Shown piece after piece: positions 28,319-39,014 of a DNA stretch of 64,000 nt; position 1 is the stretch's first letter, and each line of letters begins with the position of its first letter. The position numbers and the translations under genes were made by a program. The notes beneath the pieces were generated by a model. The model saw nothing but the letters and a program-made list of their open reading frames with translations. It was not told the origin of the DNA and did no database searches. Where the stretch lies: the IMG/VR virus record IMGVR_UViG_3300027899_001695, positions 1 to 64,000 of that record. One strand, given 5' to 3'. Source of the stretch: a virus.

Positions 28319-29912
28319 TTCGGCTAAAGAGATTTTGAAGGCTAGATATTTAAAAAAGGATTCAAATGGGGAAGTTATTGAATCTGAAGATGGTATGTTA
28401 GAGAGGGTAGCAAAGCATGTTGCTAAAAATGAGAAAAATGCGGAAAAATGGGAAAAGAAGTTCTCGGATATCATGGACTCTCTTGAGTTTTTGCCGAATT
28501 CTCCCACATTGATGAACGCAAATAGTCGTACAGGACAACTCAGTGCCTGCTTCTGCTTACCTGTGGAGGACAGTTTAGCTGCTATCTTTGAAGTAGTGAA
28601 AGAGTCTGCTCTAATTCATAAGACTGGTGGAGGGACAGGGTTTAACTTCTCTAAATTGCGTCCTAATGGGTCTATTGTTAATACGACTAAGGGAACCGCA
28701 AGTGGTGTCGTAAGTTTTATGAGCGTATTTGATGCGGCTACGAATGCAGTTAAGCAGGGTGGCGTGAGACGTGGTGCTAACTTAGGAATGCTCTCGATTA
28801 CCCATCCAGATATATATGAATTTATAAATTGTAAGAAAGATTTAACTAAGTTTAATAATTTTAATATTTCTGTAGCCATGACAGGAAAGTTTCTTGATAT
28901 AACCAAGAATGGTAAGAAACATTGGCTTGTTAATCCAAATAATCATGAAGAGAGGTTAGTAACTGATGCTGGAGATTTGTTTACGCTTATTTGTAGTAAT
29001 ATCTGGGAGAATGGCGAACCTGGAGTCATATTTCTGGACACTATTAACGCTTATAATCCTATTCCTTGGATGGGTAAACTCGATGGTGTAAATCCTTGTT
29101 CCGAACAGCCTTTGCTCCCTTGGGAGTCTTGTAATCTTGGTTCTATTGATGTTTCCAAGTTTGTAAACGCCAAAGGGGAGATAAATTGGGAAAAGCTTAC
29201 TAAGACAGTTGAAATAGCTGTTCGATTTCTTGATGATGTTATTGATGTAAATATATATCCTCGTGTTAAGATTGCAAGAAAGACTTTATCCACGAGAAAA
29301 ATTGGATTAGGAATCATGGGTTGGGCAGATATGCTTTTAATGCTGAAGATAAAGTATGATTCGGCTGAAGCCTTAGATTTAGCAGATAAACTGATGTTTA
29401 CTATTAATAAGGTAGCACATGATGCTTCTGAAGAATTAGGAAAAGAAAAAGGAGCCTTCCCTGCAAATAATGGTGTATTTACAAGGCGTAATGCTACATT
29501 GACTACAATTGCACCTACTGGTACGCTTTCAATGCTTGCAGATTGTTCTAGTTCGATTGAGCCTGTATTTGCTAAGAAGTTTACTAAGACTGTTCTTGGC
29601 AACGTTACTCTTGATATATCAAAGAAGTACCAAAAGTTTGATGGGGATTATTTTGTAACAGCACTAGAGATTTCTCCAGAATGGCATATAAAAATGCAAG
29701 CCACTTTTCAGAAACATGTGGACAATGCCATAAGTAAGACTGTTAATTTACCACATGAAGCAACTATTCAAGATATTAAGAATACTATTTATCTAGCACA
29801 TAGTTTAGGTTGTAAAGGAGTAACTTTATATCGACAGGATACACGAGAGGCCCCTATTCAAGTTACGAGTGAAGGGTTGTCGGAATGTATAGGTGACAAG
29901 TGTAGTGTTTAG
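28302..29912 (+). CDS. nrdJ: Class II (B12-dependent) ribonucleotide reductase
   Basis: PNSPTLMN, LSACF, GGGTG, RRGAN, NPCSEQ, CNLGS, TIAPTGT; no NrdB/NrdG partner nearby. Confidence 0.85.
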   Translation: MAKWNDSAKEILKARYLKKDSNGEVIESEDGMLERVAKHVAKNEKNAEKWEKKFSDIMDSLEFLPNSPTLMNANSRTGQLSACFCLPVEDSLAAIFEVVKESALIHKTGGGTGFNFSKLRPNGSIVNTTKGTASGVVSFMSVFDAATNAVKQGGVRRGANLGMLSITHPDIYEFINCKKDLTKFNNFNISVAMTGKFLDITKNGKKHWLVNPNNHEERLVTDAGDLFTLICSNIWENGEPGVIFLDTINAYNPIPWMGKLDGVNPCSEQPLLPWESCNLGSIDVSKFVNAKGEINWEKLTKTVEIAVRFLDDVIDVNIYPRVKIARKTLSTRKIGLGIMGWADMLLMLKIKYDSAEALDLADKLMFTINKVAHDASEELGKEKGAFPANNGVFTRRNATLTTIAPTGTLSMLADCSSSIEPVFAKKFTKTVLGNVTLDISKKYQKFDGDYFVTALEISPEWHIKMQATFQKHVDNAISKTVNLPHEATIQDIKNTIYLAHSLGCKGVTLYRQDTREAPIQVTSEGLSECIGDKCSV

Positions 29913-29917
29913 ACTAC

Positions 29918-29946
29918 TTGACATTTGAACGTATTTGTGGTATCAT
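29918..29946 (+). promoter_or_regulatory. Sigma70 promoter for leaderless transcript starting at ATG 29953
   Basis: TTGACA-N17-TATCAT with TGn extension. Confidence 0.65.
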
Positions 29947-29952
29947 ATAAGT

Positions 29953-31072
29953 ATGAGTAAAGAATATAAGAAAGTAGAACGAAATGAAGTCTCAGATATT
30001 ATCTGTGACATGTGCCATCGGTCATGTAAACGTGGCATGACTTCAGAATATATGGAAGTATATGCTAAGTGGGGCTTTTCAAGTGGAAAAGATACTACTA
30101 AATGGGAAGCACACTTTTGTGAAGAATGTGCAGATAAAATAGATGAGTTTGTAACGAAAGAAGGAGGTCAAATACCAAGAGATGTCTATTTCCTTGTTGT
30201 GTAAGAATTATTCCTGCCCACATAATGTGCAATTAAAAGAACCTGTTTCTTTTTCTTTTTCCGCAATTTATACACCCTTTGAGGGTGATAAATGTAATGG
30301 TAAATGCTCTATTCAACCACAGTTCTGGAATTTTTATGAAATTATAAATGATTTTGTATATGAAGGAGCCGAATGTAGTATTACTAAAGGAGCAGGGTGT
30401 TATAGACTTGATTGTGTGCATAACCAAAATGGAACTTGTACACGGTCTGAAATATTAGTAGATAAGTTAAATAATCATTGGGCATGCAAATGTTTCTCTT
30501 ATAGAAAGATAAGAGGACACACTGATTGGTCAGCATTATTACAAGGTGGCCATGCCAAAGGTGGGCATATCGATGATAAAGATGCTGAAAAGATGAATAA
30601 ATATGCTAAAACAACTCGTAGTTATCGTACCCACATGAAACAGTTTTCTACGTAAGGGGAAATGATTATATTTGTTAAAATGAAAGATAAGTCCTTACTT
30701 CACTATGAAGTATGTGATGCTTGTGAGAAACCTATTGATATGGATATCAAGAAAGGACTCATAAAGTATGTTGTTATCAAGAAGCCTTCAGTAGGTCTTA
30801 AGGTTTGTGCAGAGTGCAAAAGAAAGAAGGAGAAGAAAAATGAGAAGTAATGAGTGCATGACGCAGGGCTAACAAATATAGTGTTAGCCATATTTAGGTA
30901 CACCGCACAAGATATACGGTACGGGACTCCTGCAAATAAGAAAGATGCAGAAGAGTTTCTAGAATCTCAATGGTTTGAAGACCTTTGTGGTATATTTAAA
31001 GATATTCCTTCTAAACGAGTAAAGAAAATGATAAAAGAGAACCCAGTATGTTGGAGAGATAAGTATGAGTAA
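29953..31072 (+). CDS. Cluster of four small, mostly Cys-rich hypothetical proteins (29953-30204, 30182-30655, 30662-30850, 30854-31072)
   Basis: Tiled ORFs with CxxC motifs. Confidence 0.5.
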
Positions 31073-31637
31073 CGAAGAACCCTTAATGATTGAGGCACCT
31101 AAGAAAGGTGGAAGACCAAAGGGTGCAAAAACTACTAAGCAACTTTCTCCTGCAGATATTAATAAGGCAAAAACTCTCTTTGTATCTGGTAAGACCCTTT
31201 CTGATATTATGAGAGAGATGGGTCTTTCTAGTACCAATACGCTATATAGATATATGGAGAAGGATAATTGGCTTATTGAACGTGATAAGTTTTTAAGTAA
31301 AGCAACAGATTCGCATCTTGATTCTCTTCTATCTCAGTCATTAGCTGAAACCAATGAGATATTGTTAGATTTAGAAGAAATACGGCAGAAATCAATGGAT
31401 GCTATTACTACAGGAGCTGTAGAACCTCGCAGATATTCCGAAGCAAGCAGTTCTTACATCGATTCTGTGAATACAACAATGAAAATACGTGCTGAGGCTT
31501 TACAGCTATCTTTTATCTCTGAAGTAGGTAAGATATTACGCATTAGGGTGCAAGACCCTAAATTATTAGCGGAAATTAGCAATGATTTACGAGAATTATT
31601 TAAAAAGAAACAAGAAATTGCGACAATAGTAAGATAA
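31065..31637 (+). CDS. Terminase small subunit
   Basis: KGGRPKG, HTH (TLSDIMREMGL...TLYRY...W), directly upstream of TerL. Confidence 0.7.
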   Translation: MSNEEPLMIEAPKKGGRPKGAKTTKQLSPADINKAKTLFVSGKTLSDIMREMGLSSTNTLYRYMEKDNWLIERDKFLSKATDSHLDSLLSQSLAETNEILLDLEEIRQKSMDAITTGAVEPRRYSEASSSYIDSVNTTMKIRAEALQLSFISEVGKILRIRVQDPKLLAEISNDLRELFKKKQEIATIVR

Positions 31638-31638
31638 T

Positions 31639-34600
31639 ATGTCTGAAGAATTAATTGATTTTAATCAAGCCTTTGAAGAGTTAGCCAATTCTATCTCAAC
31701 CTCTAAATCTGCCATTGAGATTACTACTTTTGAGGATTTTATTATCAAGGTGTTTTCATTAAGTTACCCTGAGTATAATTTTGATACTTGGCATGTGCAT
31801 TCTATTGGGAATTTCTTAGATAGAGTACTAGCTTCTGAAAATAAGATGTCCGTCTCAGTATTACCTAGATACCATCTTAAAAGTACCCTTTTAGGCTACG
31901 CTTTTTCTATTTACCGTATGCTAACTGCTTTTGGTGATGGTTTGTATATATCTTATAAAGATGAGCTTGCTAATTTCCATTTAAGCAATATTAAAAATGC
32001 TATTAGTCGTAATCCAATTCTTAATCCAATTATGAAAGACCTTAGGCCACAGTCTACAGCAGGAATAGAGTATAAGATAGGGAATAAGCGGGTTAGGATG
32101 TTTTCCTCTGGTATCTTTGCTATGAAACGTGGTTTGCATACAGATTTGTGTCTTGTTCCTGATACAAAGATTAGATGTCATAATGGTTATAGAAATATAT
32201 CAGATATTAATGTTGGAGAGTCTGTATGGACACATACTGCGAAGTGTAAGAAGGTCTCTAAAGTTATGAAAAGAGCAATTAAAGACAGTTTGGTTGTGCT
32301 TTTCTTGAGTAATGGAGAAATAATTAAAGTAACTTCAAACCATCCTATTTTAACTACTAAAGGATGGAAGGAAGCTGGAAACTTAGAATTAACAGATGTC
32401 TTATTTAAACTTGAGTATGATAGTAAATTAAAAGGTAGAACTTATGAAGATATTCATGGTATTGAGAAAGCTAAGATACTAAGACATAAATTTACAACTA
32501 TTGATAGAAGCACTCAGTATAAACCAGTTAAAGGTAAAACATTAGAAGAATATTATGGTGTAGAAAAAGCGGAAGAAATGAAAAAAGCTGTAAGTAATGC
32601 CAATAAAGGAGTGGTTAGATTAGAATGTAGAAAACGAAAGACCGTTACATGTGCATGTGGAAAAGAATTTGAAGTTGTAGCAAGTTCTAAAAGAAAGTAC
32701 CATGCTTTAAAGTGTTACCATAAATATTCTAACTGTGGAAATAACTTTAGGGCTAAGGTTGGTAGTTTCAAATTGCAAAATAACCCTAATTGGAAAAATG
32801 GAGCTTCTTTTGAGCCTTATCCAATTGAGTTTAACTCTAATTTAAAGAAAATGGTTTTAGAACGAGATGGGTATAAATGTGCTGTATGTAGTGGAAATAA
32901 GGTATTACAAATTCATCATATAGACTATGATAAAAATAATTGTTGTGATGAGAATCTAATTACTTTATGTAAATCTTGTCACTCTAAAACTAATAATAGT
33001 AGACTCGAATGGATGGAGTATTTTATTAATGGGGTAATTTCTAATTATATTACTCTTCATAATGGTACTCATATTTTAAAAATTGAACAGGAGCCCTATG
33101 ATGGTTTTGTATATAATTTAGAGGTAGAAGAAGACCATACTTATGTTGGAAAAGGTATTATCTATCATAATTGCACAATTGTTGACGATGTGCTTGGTAC
33201 GGTTGAAAATCCGTTGTCTATGCTGGAACTGGACAAAGCGAAACTTATGTTTAATACAGAGGTACAGAATATTCCTAATAGGGACTGTCCTCTTATTGTA
33301 TTTGGTACTGTTATGTCATATTCAGACTTGTTATTTGATTTGAAAGATAATGCGGAGTTTATGAGTCTTTGGTACCCTGCATTGAATCCAGATAAAGACC
33401 ATGATGTATTATGGGAAGATAAATATCCTAAAGAATGGCTAGAAAAGAAAAAGAGGCAGTCTGGTTGGAAGTCTTTCTCTACTGAGTTCTTACTGATGCC
33501 TGTTATGGCTACAGAGGCTTTCTTTACAAGAGAAGAATTAGACAACAATGCTATAGATTCTACTCTTAAGAACCATTCTATTTACCGCATTTTTAATAAA
33601 GAATGGCATCATGTAGTGGCAGGATTGGATATTGGTAAAAGACGGAACCCTTCTCATCTCGCTATTTTTGTAGACAATGATGAAGGGGTGCTTACGCAAT
33701 TACACCAAGAGTTTTGGGATGGGATGGAGTATACAGAGCAGATTGAGAAAATTAAGGCTGCTGTAGAGAATTTTAAGATAGATAAGTTGTATATTGATGC
33801 TACTCGTGGTGAAATGGAAGAAAGAGGGCTACCTCGTGAGTGTATGATGGTTAAGTTTACTGGTAGAGGTTTTAGAAGCCAGTCTTCGTATGCTACTGAT
33901 TTTGCAAAGTATGTAGAGAACAAAAAGATTAAACTGTTAGATGATACTCGTTTTATAAACCAAATCACGTGTGTAACGAATGATTTGAAAGCTCCAGAGT
34001 CTCCATTAGGGCATGGTGATTGTTATGACCAAGATACTGAAATACTAACAAACAAAGGTTGGAAATTGTTCGCAGACTTAGATAAAACAGAAAAAGTAGC
34101 TACTCTTAATAGTGAGGGGTTTTTAGAATGGCAACAACCTACAGATTATATTGTAAAACATCGTAGTGGGCCAATGTATCAAGTAAAATCAACCCAAGTG
34201 GATTTAATTGTTACTCCTCTACATAAAATGTTTGTAAATGGTACATTAAAACAACCAGAAGAGATATTTAATAAACAAGTTCATTATAAAAAAGATGCCA
34301 AATGGAATGGAGAAGAAGTAGAGTTTATTACTATATTGGATAAACAGATAAAGATGGATGACTGGCTTGAATTTATGGGTTATTATATTAGTGAAGGGCA
34401 TACGACTAAAAGAAAAGGCGATGGCAAGAAGAGCCAATCTTGTATTTCGCAAGGAGAGCAAAAGAGAGACAGAATTAGAGAGTGTTTAAATAGGCTTCCA
34501 TTTAAATATACTGAGAATAAAAGTGGGTTTTGGCTATATAATTCAGACTTGGGAGCTTTATTATTACCATTAGGAAAAAGTTTTGATAAATACATACCTA

Positions 34601-35241
34601 CAGAACTCTTGAACTTATCAACACGCCAATTAAACATTCTTTATGAAGCTTTAATGTATGGGGATGGTACTTTTAATAAAACTTTTAGACAATATTATAC
34701 CTCTTCTATAAGACTCGCAAACCAGTTTCAAGAGTTATTATTAAAAATTGGAAAAAGTGGGAATATATATATTCGTGATTTTATAGGTAGGCAAGCACCA
34801 CATGGTATAACTAGAGGTGTGTGCTATGCTATAGGGATAATTGAGAAAAAGAATAACCCTATGGTAAATAAAGACAAAAAGCGTGGAAAGATTGCGGATA
34901 GTTGGATAAAATATACTGGATGGATTTACTGTGTTACAGTACCTAATCATATAGTGTATGTCAGGCGAAATGGAAAACCCTGCTGGTCTGGGAATAGCTT
35001 TTGGAGCGTTGCTTTGTCTGTAGGAGCCTATCAAGATTACTTTGCTCCAGATAGGGTTAAGGGGTTTAGTTATTTAGGAGATGCTCAGGAAACATTAGAA
35101 ATTAAAAAAGGCGTAGCTTTATCGAAAGATAGAAATGATATATGTAAAATGTGTAATAAACGAACTGTTAGAGTGCTTGAAAATGGTTCATTGCATTGTG
35201 ATAGTTGTTTTACAACATATGCTTTAATGGCAACAAAATAG
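31639..35241 (+). CDS. terL: Terminase large subunit with two inteins (mature ~534 aa)
   Basis: LPRYHLKST Walker A, RGLH..IVDD Walker B, FGT, GLDIG nuclease, IDATR, HGD. Confidence 0.9.
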   Translation: MSEELIDFNQAFEELANSISTSKSAIEITTFEDFIIKVFSLSYPEYNFDTWHVHSIGNFLDRVLASENKMSVSVLPRYHLKSTLLGYAFSIYRMLTAFGDGLYISYKDELANFHLSNIKNAISRNPILNPIMKDLRPQSTAGIEYKIGNKRVRMFSSGIFAMKRGLHTDLCLVPDTKIRCHNGYRNISDINVGESVWTHTAKCKKVSKVMKRAIKDSLVVLFLSNGEIIKVTSNHPILTTKGWKEAGNLELTDVLFKLEYDSKLKGRTYEDIHGIEKAKILRHKFTTIDRSTQYKPVKGKTLEEYYGVEKAEEMKKAVSNANKGVVRLECRKRKTVTCACGKEFEVVASSKRKYHALKCYHKYSNCGNNFRAKVGSFKLQNNPNWKNGASFEPYPIEFNSNLKKMVLERDGYKCAVCSGNKVLQIHHIDYDKNNCCDENLITLCKSCHSKTNNSRLEWMEYFINGVISNYITLHNGTHILKIEQEPYDGFVYNLEVEEDHTYVGKGIIYHNCTIVDDVLGTVENPLSMLELDKAKLMFNTEVQNIPNRDCPLIVFGTVMSYSDLLFDLKDNAEFMSLWYPALNPDKDHDVLWEDKYPKEWLEKKKRQSGWKSFSTEFLLMPVMATEAFFTREELDNNAIDSTLKNHSIYRIFNKEWHHVVAGLDIGKRRNPSHLAIFVDNDEGVLTQLHQEFWDGMEYTEQIEKIKAAVENFKIDKLYIDATRGEMEERGLPRECMMVKFTGRGFRSQSSYATDFAKYVENKKIKLLDDTRFINQITCVTNDLKAPESPLGHGDCYDQDTEILTNKGWKLFADLDKTEKVATLNSEGFLEWQQPTDYIVKHRSGPMYQVKSTQVDLIVTPLHKMFVNGTLKQPEEIFNKQVHYKKDAKWNGEEVEFITILDKQIKMDDWLEFMGYYISEGHTTKRKGDGKKSQSCISQGEQKRDRIRECLNRLPFKYTENKSGFWLYNSDLGALLLPLGKSFDKYIPTELLNLSTRQLNILYEALMYGDGTFNKTFRQYYTSSIRLANQFQELLLKIGKSGNIYIRDFIGRQAPHGITRGVCYAIGIIEKKNNPMVNKDKKRGKIADSWIKYTGWIYCVTVPNHIVYVRRNGKPCWSGNSFWSVALSVGAYQDYFAPDRVKGFSYLGDAQETLEIKKGVALSKDRNDICKMCNKRTVRVLENGSLHCDSCFTTYALMATK
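32149..33171 (+). mobile_element. Intein 1 of TerL (341 aa, HNH endonuclease)
   Basis: CLVPDTKI...TSNHP...VYNLEV...IIYHN|C; HHIDYDKNN..NLITLCKSCH. Confidence 0.9.
34021..34995 (+). mobile_element. Intein 2 of TerL (325 aa, LAGLIDADG)
   Basis: CYDQDTEILT...VTPLH...FMGYYISEG...LMYGDG...YCVTVPNH...WSGN|S. Confidence 0.9.
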
Positions 35242-35249
35242 GAGGAGAA

Positions 35250-35624
35250 ATGGACTTTAAAGAGATTGTACCTGAGAGATTCAAAGCAAGGCATGATAGC
35301 AAGACAGATTGTTTTTATATTTTGGATACGTGGCATCCACAGGTAATGAATCTTCCTAATCTAGACGAAGAAATTCCAGAAGCCTCTCCTGCAATGAAAG
35401 TTTTAGCTGGCGCAGAGATAAATGCTATCATTGCTGAAATGAAACGTATTGGTTATTTAGATAAAATTATAAAAGTTAATAGTGGACAGGATATAATTAG
35501 AGAGGAAACTGCACAGCATTTATTGGAATCATTACAGAAGATGGTTGCTGCTTTGGCGACTAAGAACATTCCAGAAAATGCGGAGAAAAAGAAAAGAGAT
35601 AGGATTGTAGTATTGAATCCTTAG
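35250..35624 (+). CDS. Hypothetical protein between TerL and portal
   Basis: GGAGGAG RBS before ATG 35250. Confidence 0.55.
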   Translation: MDFKEIVPERFKARHDSKTDCFYILDTWHPQVMNLPNLDEEIPEASPAMKVLAGAEINAIIAEMKRIGYLDKIIKVNSGQDIIREETAQHLLESLQKMVAALATKNIPENAEKKKRDRIVVLNP

Positions 35625-35633
35625 GGGTAATTT

Positions 35634-38411
35634 ATGAAATTAAATGAATTCTTGCCTGATTTAGCTGCTCAAAATCAAAGTCTCGTTAAGATGAATACCG
35701 CTATCCAGAATGTATATGATGGTGGTTTTGCGTCTTTTGCTAAAGGACGGATGGGTGGAGGAGTACAGACTTCTTCTCCTTCTCCATTAGGTATTGAACA
35801 GCTTTATTTTGATTGGTTGCGTACTGCCTATGCTTATAGACGACAGTTTATTCAGGATTTATACTTACTAGCATATGATGTTACAGAAATACGTACTCCT
35901 TTATTGCATTTACGTGGTGAAATCTTCAGGAAAGGTTTAGATGCGTGGATTCCTAAATTTGCGGTAAAATGTGAAAGATGTGGGGAAGAGTATGATGAAG
36001 TAAAGAAGAAGTGTGCTAGATGTGGTAATAAAGAGATGAAGAAACCTGACCATAAGCAAGTAGAGTATTTTGATGAAATGCGAAAGTCTTGTAATATCTT
36101 TGGTCAAAGTTTTGAAGAAATTCTTCAAACTTGTGAAGATGATATGAATATTGTTGATGATTGTTTTGTGCATTTGCAAAAACAATACTTATTGGCAAAA
36201 GATACGCTTTGGAGTAGGGTATTGGAGTTAAGGCGTATTCATCCTGCTTTAATGGAATATGATTTAGATAAAGCAGGACTTCCTCGTAATTCGCATTGGT
36301 TATGCCCATTTCATCGTGAAGATGTTGAAATAGCTCCTGGTCCTTGCAAAGAGTGTGGTTTTGAGATGCTTCCTGTCATGTATATTTATAACCATCGTGG
36401 AAAGAGAGTATACTTACTTGAAGAAGAGATTATTCACATGTCTAAGTTCTCTCCTTCGGAAACCTACGGTTACTCTCCTTTACTTACAATCATGCAGAAG
36501 GTTTTAACTATCTCTGGTATGGATAGGTTCTTATATCGTTATTTCTTTGAGAGAAAGGCTCCTACAGGGATGATATTGACCTATACAGATGACCCACAAT
36601 CATTAGAGGTGGAAAGAGCCAGAATTGAGGCTAAGATGATGGAAGACCCAACATACATGCCTTGGGTAGCGGTATCTCAGAAAACAGGACGTGGAAGAAC
36701 TGACTTTGTTAGATTATTTCATACTCTGCAAGAAATGGACTACATGAATGTGCGTAATGAGATTAGGGATAGAATCGCTTCTATGTATGGTGTACCACAA
36801 GTCTATCTTAATATCTTTGAAGGTGTCGGAGCCATGTCTGGTCAGTCTGTTTCTGGTGATACACCATTATGGATACGCAAAGATGAAAAGTTTATTGACT
36901 TGATTCCTATTGAGTCGTTGCATCATAATTCTGCTAACCAACATGACCAGTTCCCCAAGAATTTGGAAGTGCTTTCTCAGGATGGCTGGACTAAGCCTAA
37001 ACATATTTGGAGGCATAAATGCAGGGAAGAGAACACCCTTGCGTTTGAATTTGGTGGAGGTTTTGCTGAGACTACAGTAGACCATTCTCTTATGAAAGAC
37101 AAACAGGAAGTAAAGGCTTCTGATTTGAAGGTAGGCGACAGTATTGATACTGTTGAATACCCTAAATCTGAAGAATATGACTCAATGACTGAAGATTTTG
37201 CTTGGTTGTTAGGTTTTTATTCTGCGGAAGGTTCTATTCTCTTTGAAGAAGCGGGTTTAGACCTATCAAACAACAAAGTAGAGCTCTTAGAAAAGTGCCA
37301 GAGAATATTGGAAGCTAGGTATAATAAAAAGGCTAAAATAGCTTTCTATGAAGGTAATGATTGTGGTAGGGTGCTTATTTATGGTAATAGCATTGTAGAA
37401 GATTTTAAAGGTCTTGTATACTATGCCTATAATACTGTTAGTAGCAAAGACAGCAAGCCTATACGAGTACCTAAGTTAGTCCGAAAGGTTCCTACTCAAG
37501 TTATTAATGGTTCTTCTGCTATTAAGCAATCTTTCTTAAAGGGTTACATTGATGGAGATGGTAGTGTTACTAGTGATGATTCCTATAGATGTGTTTCTAC
37601 TTCATTGCTTCTATTAGCTGGTATTGAGTACTTAGTTAAGATTCTTGGTTACAATACTAACGTAGAGTTTAGAAAGAGCGATAATCAAAACTGGAACCAT
37701 AACTGGAGACTTACATTTGGTAAAGGTAATAGAAAGACAGAATCAAATGTAATCAAAAGAATTCTTTCTTTACCCGCAAATAAATATGTCTATGATATTG
37801 AAACTGAGAGCCATACGTTTGTTGGTGGTATCGGCTGTCTTGTTTTCCATAACAGTCAGCAGTTAAAGGTATTTAGTAACATTATTGACGCTGACCAGAG
37901 ACGCTACAATGAGAAGCTATTTCCACAGCTATTAAAAGCTTTCCATATAACGGATTGGAGTTTGAAGTTATTACCACCTGAAGAGAAAATAGATTCAATG
38001 GTGCTTCAACAGGCACAACAAAGGGTAGCAATAGCTACGCAGATGATGACATTGGGCTTTCAGGTTGAATTAAAACCTGGAACTAAGAATATTAAGGATT
38101 TGGACTTTATCTTTACAGGTAAAGTTGAAAATCCAATGCAGGCCATGATGGGAGGTGCTGGTGGTGCTGGTGGCATGCCCCCGCTACCTCCAGGTGGAGA
38201 AGGAAGCCAAGGTGGAGAAGGCGCAGAGGGTGGAGCATCAGGCATGACCACCGCACCACCTAGAGTTCCAGAAAAGGGTGTGGAAAAAGCAGAAGGAATA
38301 GAACACTATGCTTGGAATAAGCGAAATCCGAAGGAAGAGGCTGTTAGTAGAGATATTGAGGCCGAGAAGATATATCAAGGAAAGAACTTAGAGGAGCAGC
38401 TTGAACCATAA
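35634..38411 (+). CDS. Portal protein with zinc-finger insertions and one intein (mature ~589 aa)
   Basis: EEIIH...YGYSPLL, YF...AP.GM, EMDY...R.RIASMYGVP portal motifs. Confidence 0.85.
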   Translation: MKLNEFLPDLAAQNQSLVKMNTAIQNVYDGGFASFAKGRMGGGVQTSSPSPLGIEQLYFDWLRTAYAYRRQFIQDLYLLAYDVTEIRTPLLHLRGEIFRKGLDAWIPKFAVKCERCGEEYDEVKKKCARCGNKEMKKPDHKQVEYFDEMRKSCNIFGQSFEEILQTCEDDMNIVDDCFVHLQKQYLLAKDTLWSRVLELRRIHPALMEYDLDKAGLPRNSHWLCPFHREDVEIAPGPCKECGFEMLPVMYIYNHRGKRVYLLEEEIIHMSKFSPSETYGYSPLLTIMQKVLTISGMDRFLYRYFFERKAPTGMILTYTDDPQSLEVERARIEAKMMEDPTYMPWVAVSQKTGRGRTDFVRLFHTLQEMDYMNVRNEIRDRIASMYGVPQVYLNIFEGVGAMSGQSVSGDTPLWIRKDEKFIDLIPIESLHHNSANQHDQFPKNLEVLSQDGWTKPKHIWRHKCREENTLAFEFGGGFAETTVDHSLMKDKQEVKASDLKVGDSIDTVEYPKSEEYDSMTEDFAWLLGFYSAEGSILFEEAGLDLSNNKVELLEKCQRILEARYNKKAKIAFYEGNDCGRVLIYGNSIVEDFKGLVYYAYNTVSSKDSKPIRVPKLVRKVPTQVINGSSAIKQSFLKGYIDGDGSVTSDDSYRCVSTSLLLLAGIEYLVKILGYNTNVEFRKSDNQNWNHNWRLTFGKGNRKTESNVIKRILSLPANKYVYDIETESHTFVGGIGCLVFHNSQQLKVFSNIIDADQRRYNEKLFPQLLKAFHITDWSLKLLPPEEKIDSMVLQQAQQRVAIATQMMTLGFQVELKPGTKNIKDLDFIFTGKVENPMQAMMGGAGGAGGMPPLPPGGEGSQGGEGAEGGASGMTTAPPRVPEKGVEKAEGIEHYAWNKRNPKEEAVSRDIEAEKIYQGKNLEEQLEP
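36846..37853 (+). mobile_element. Portal intein (336 aa, LAGLIDADG, Ser1)
   Basis: Q|SVSGDTPL...TVDHSL...LLGFYSAEG...FLKGYIDGDG...VYDIET...VFHN|S. Confidence 0.9.
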
Positions 38412-38534
38412 TGTATTTATTATGTATAGCATGTAATCAGAGAAGCCATCTTAGTTTATGGAAACGTATTGGCGTTTATACATTTGCTTGCCCACATTGT
38501 GGAGCAACTAGAGTCGTTGATTAAGGAGGAAAGA

Positions 38535-38987
38535 ATGTCAGCAGGAGACCCTATTAACTATACAACCAACTCTACAAGTATTAACTATTTTACTACAGGA
38601 GCATACATAGACGACACAGACCCATTTAAACGTTTAATTGCTTGGAAAGGTCTAAAGATTCGTTCTATATCTATTCTTGGTAACACTATCAGTATTGAGT
38701 GTTATAAAGGAAAGAAGACATATTTTGTTACTATAGACGAAGACTTTGTTAAAGTATTTAATAATAAGAAAGAAGTTATTGATACTGTGCCTATTCCAAA
38801 GGTCTATAAGTACCAACCTAGCACAATAACGACTGGAGGGAACACTTGGATTTATCCAACTACTACTGACCATACGACTGCACTACCGTCTAATAGTGTC
38901 GTCTGGAGAGATAGCACCACCCTTGACCCTAAATGGACAACAACCAGCAATAATACTGCTGCAGGGTATAAAATATCATTCGAATAA
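38535..38987 (+). CDS. Thr-rich hypothetical protein
   Basis: AAGGAGG RBS before ATG 38535. Confidence 0.5.
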   Translation: MSAGDPINYTTNSTSINYFTTGAYIDDTDPFKRLIAWKGLKIRSISILGNTISIECYKGKKTYFVTIDEDFVKVFNNKKEVIDTVPIPKVYKYQPSTITTGGNTWIYPTTTDHTTALPSNSVVWRDSTTLDPKWTTTSNNTAAGYKISFE

Positions 38988-39014
38988 AAATAAAAAAGGG
39001 GAGAAAAGAAAGAA

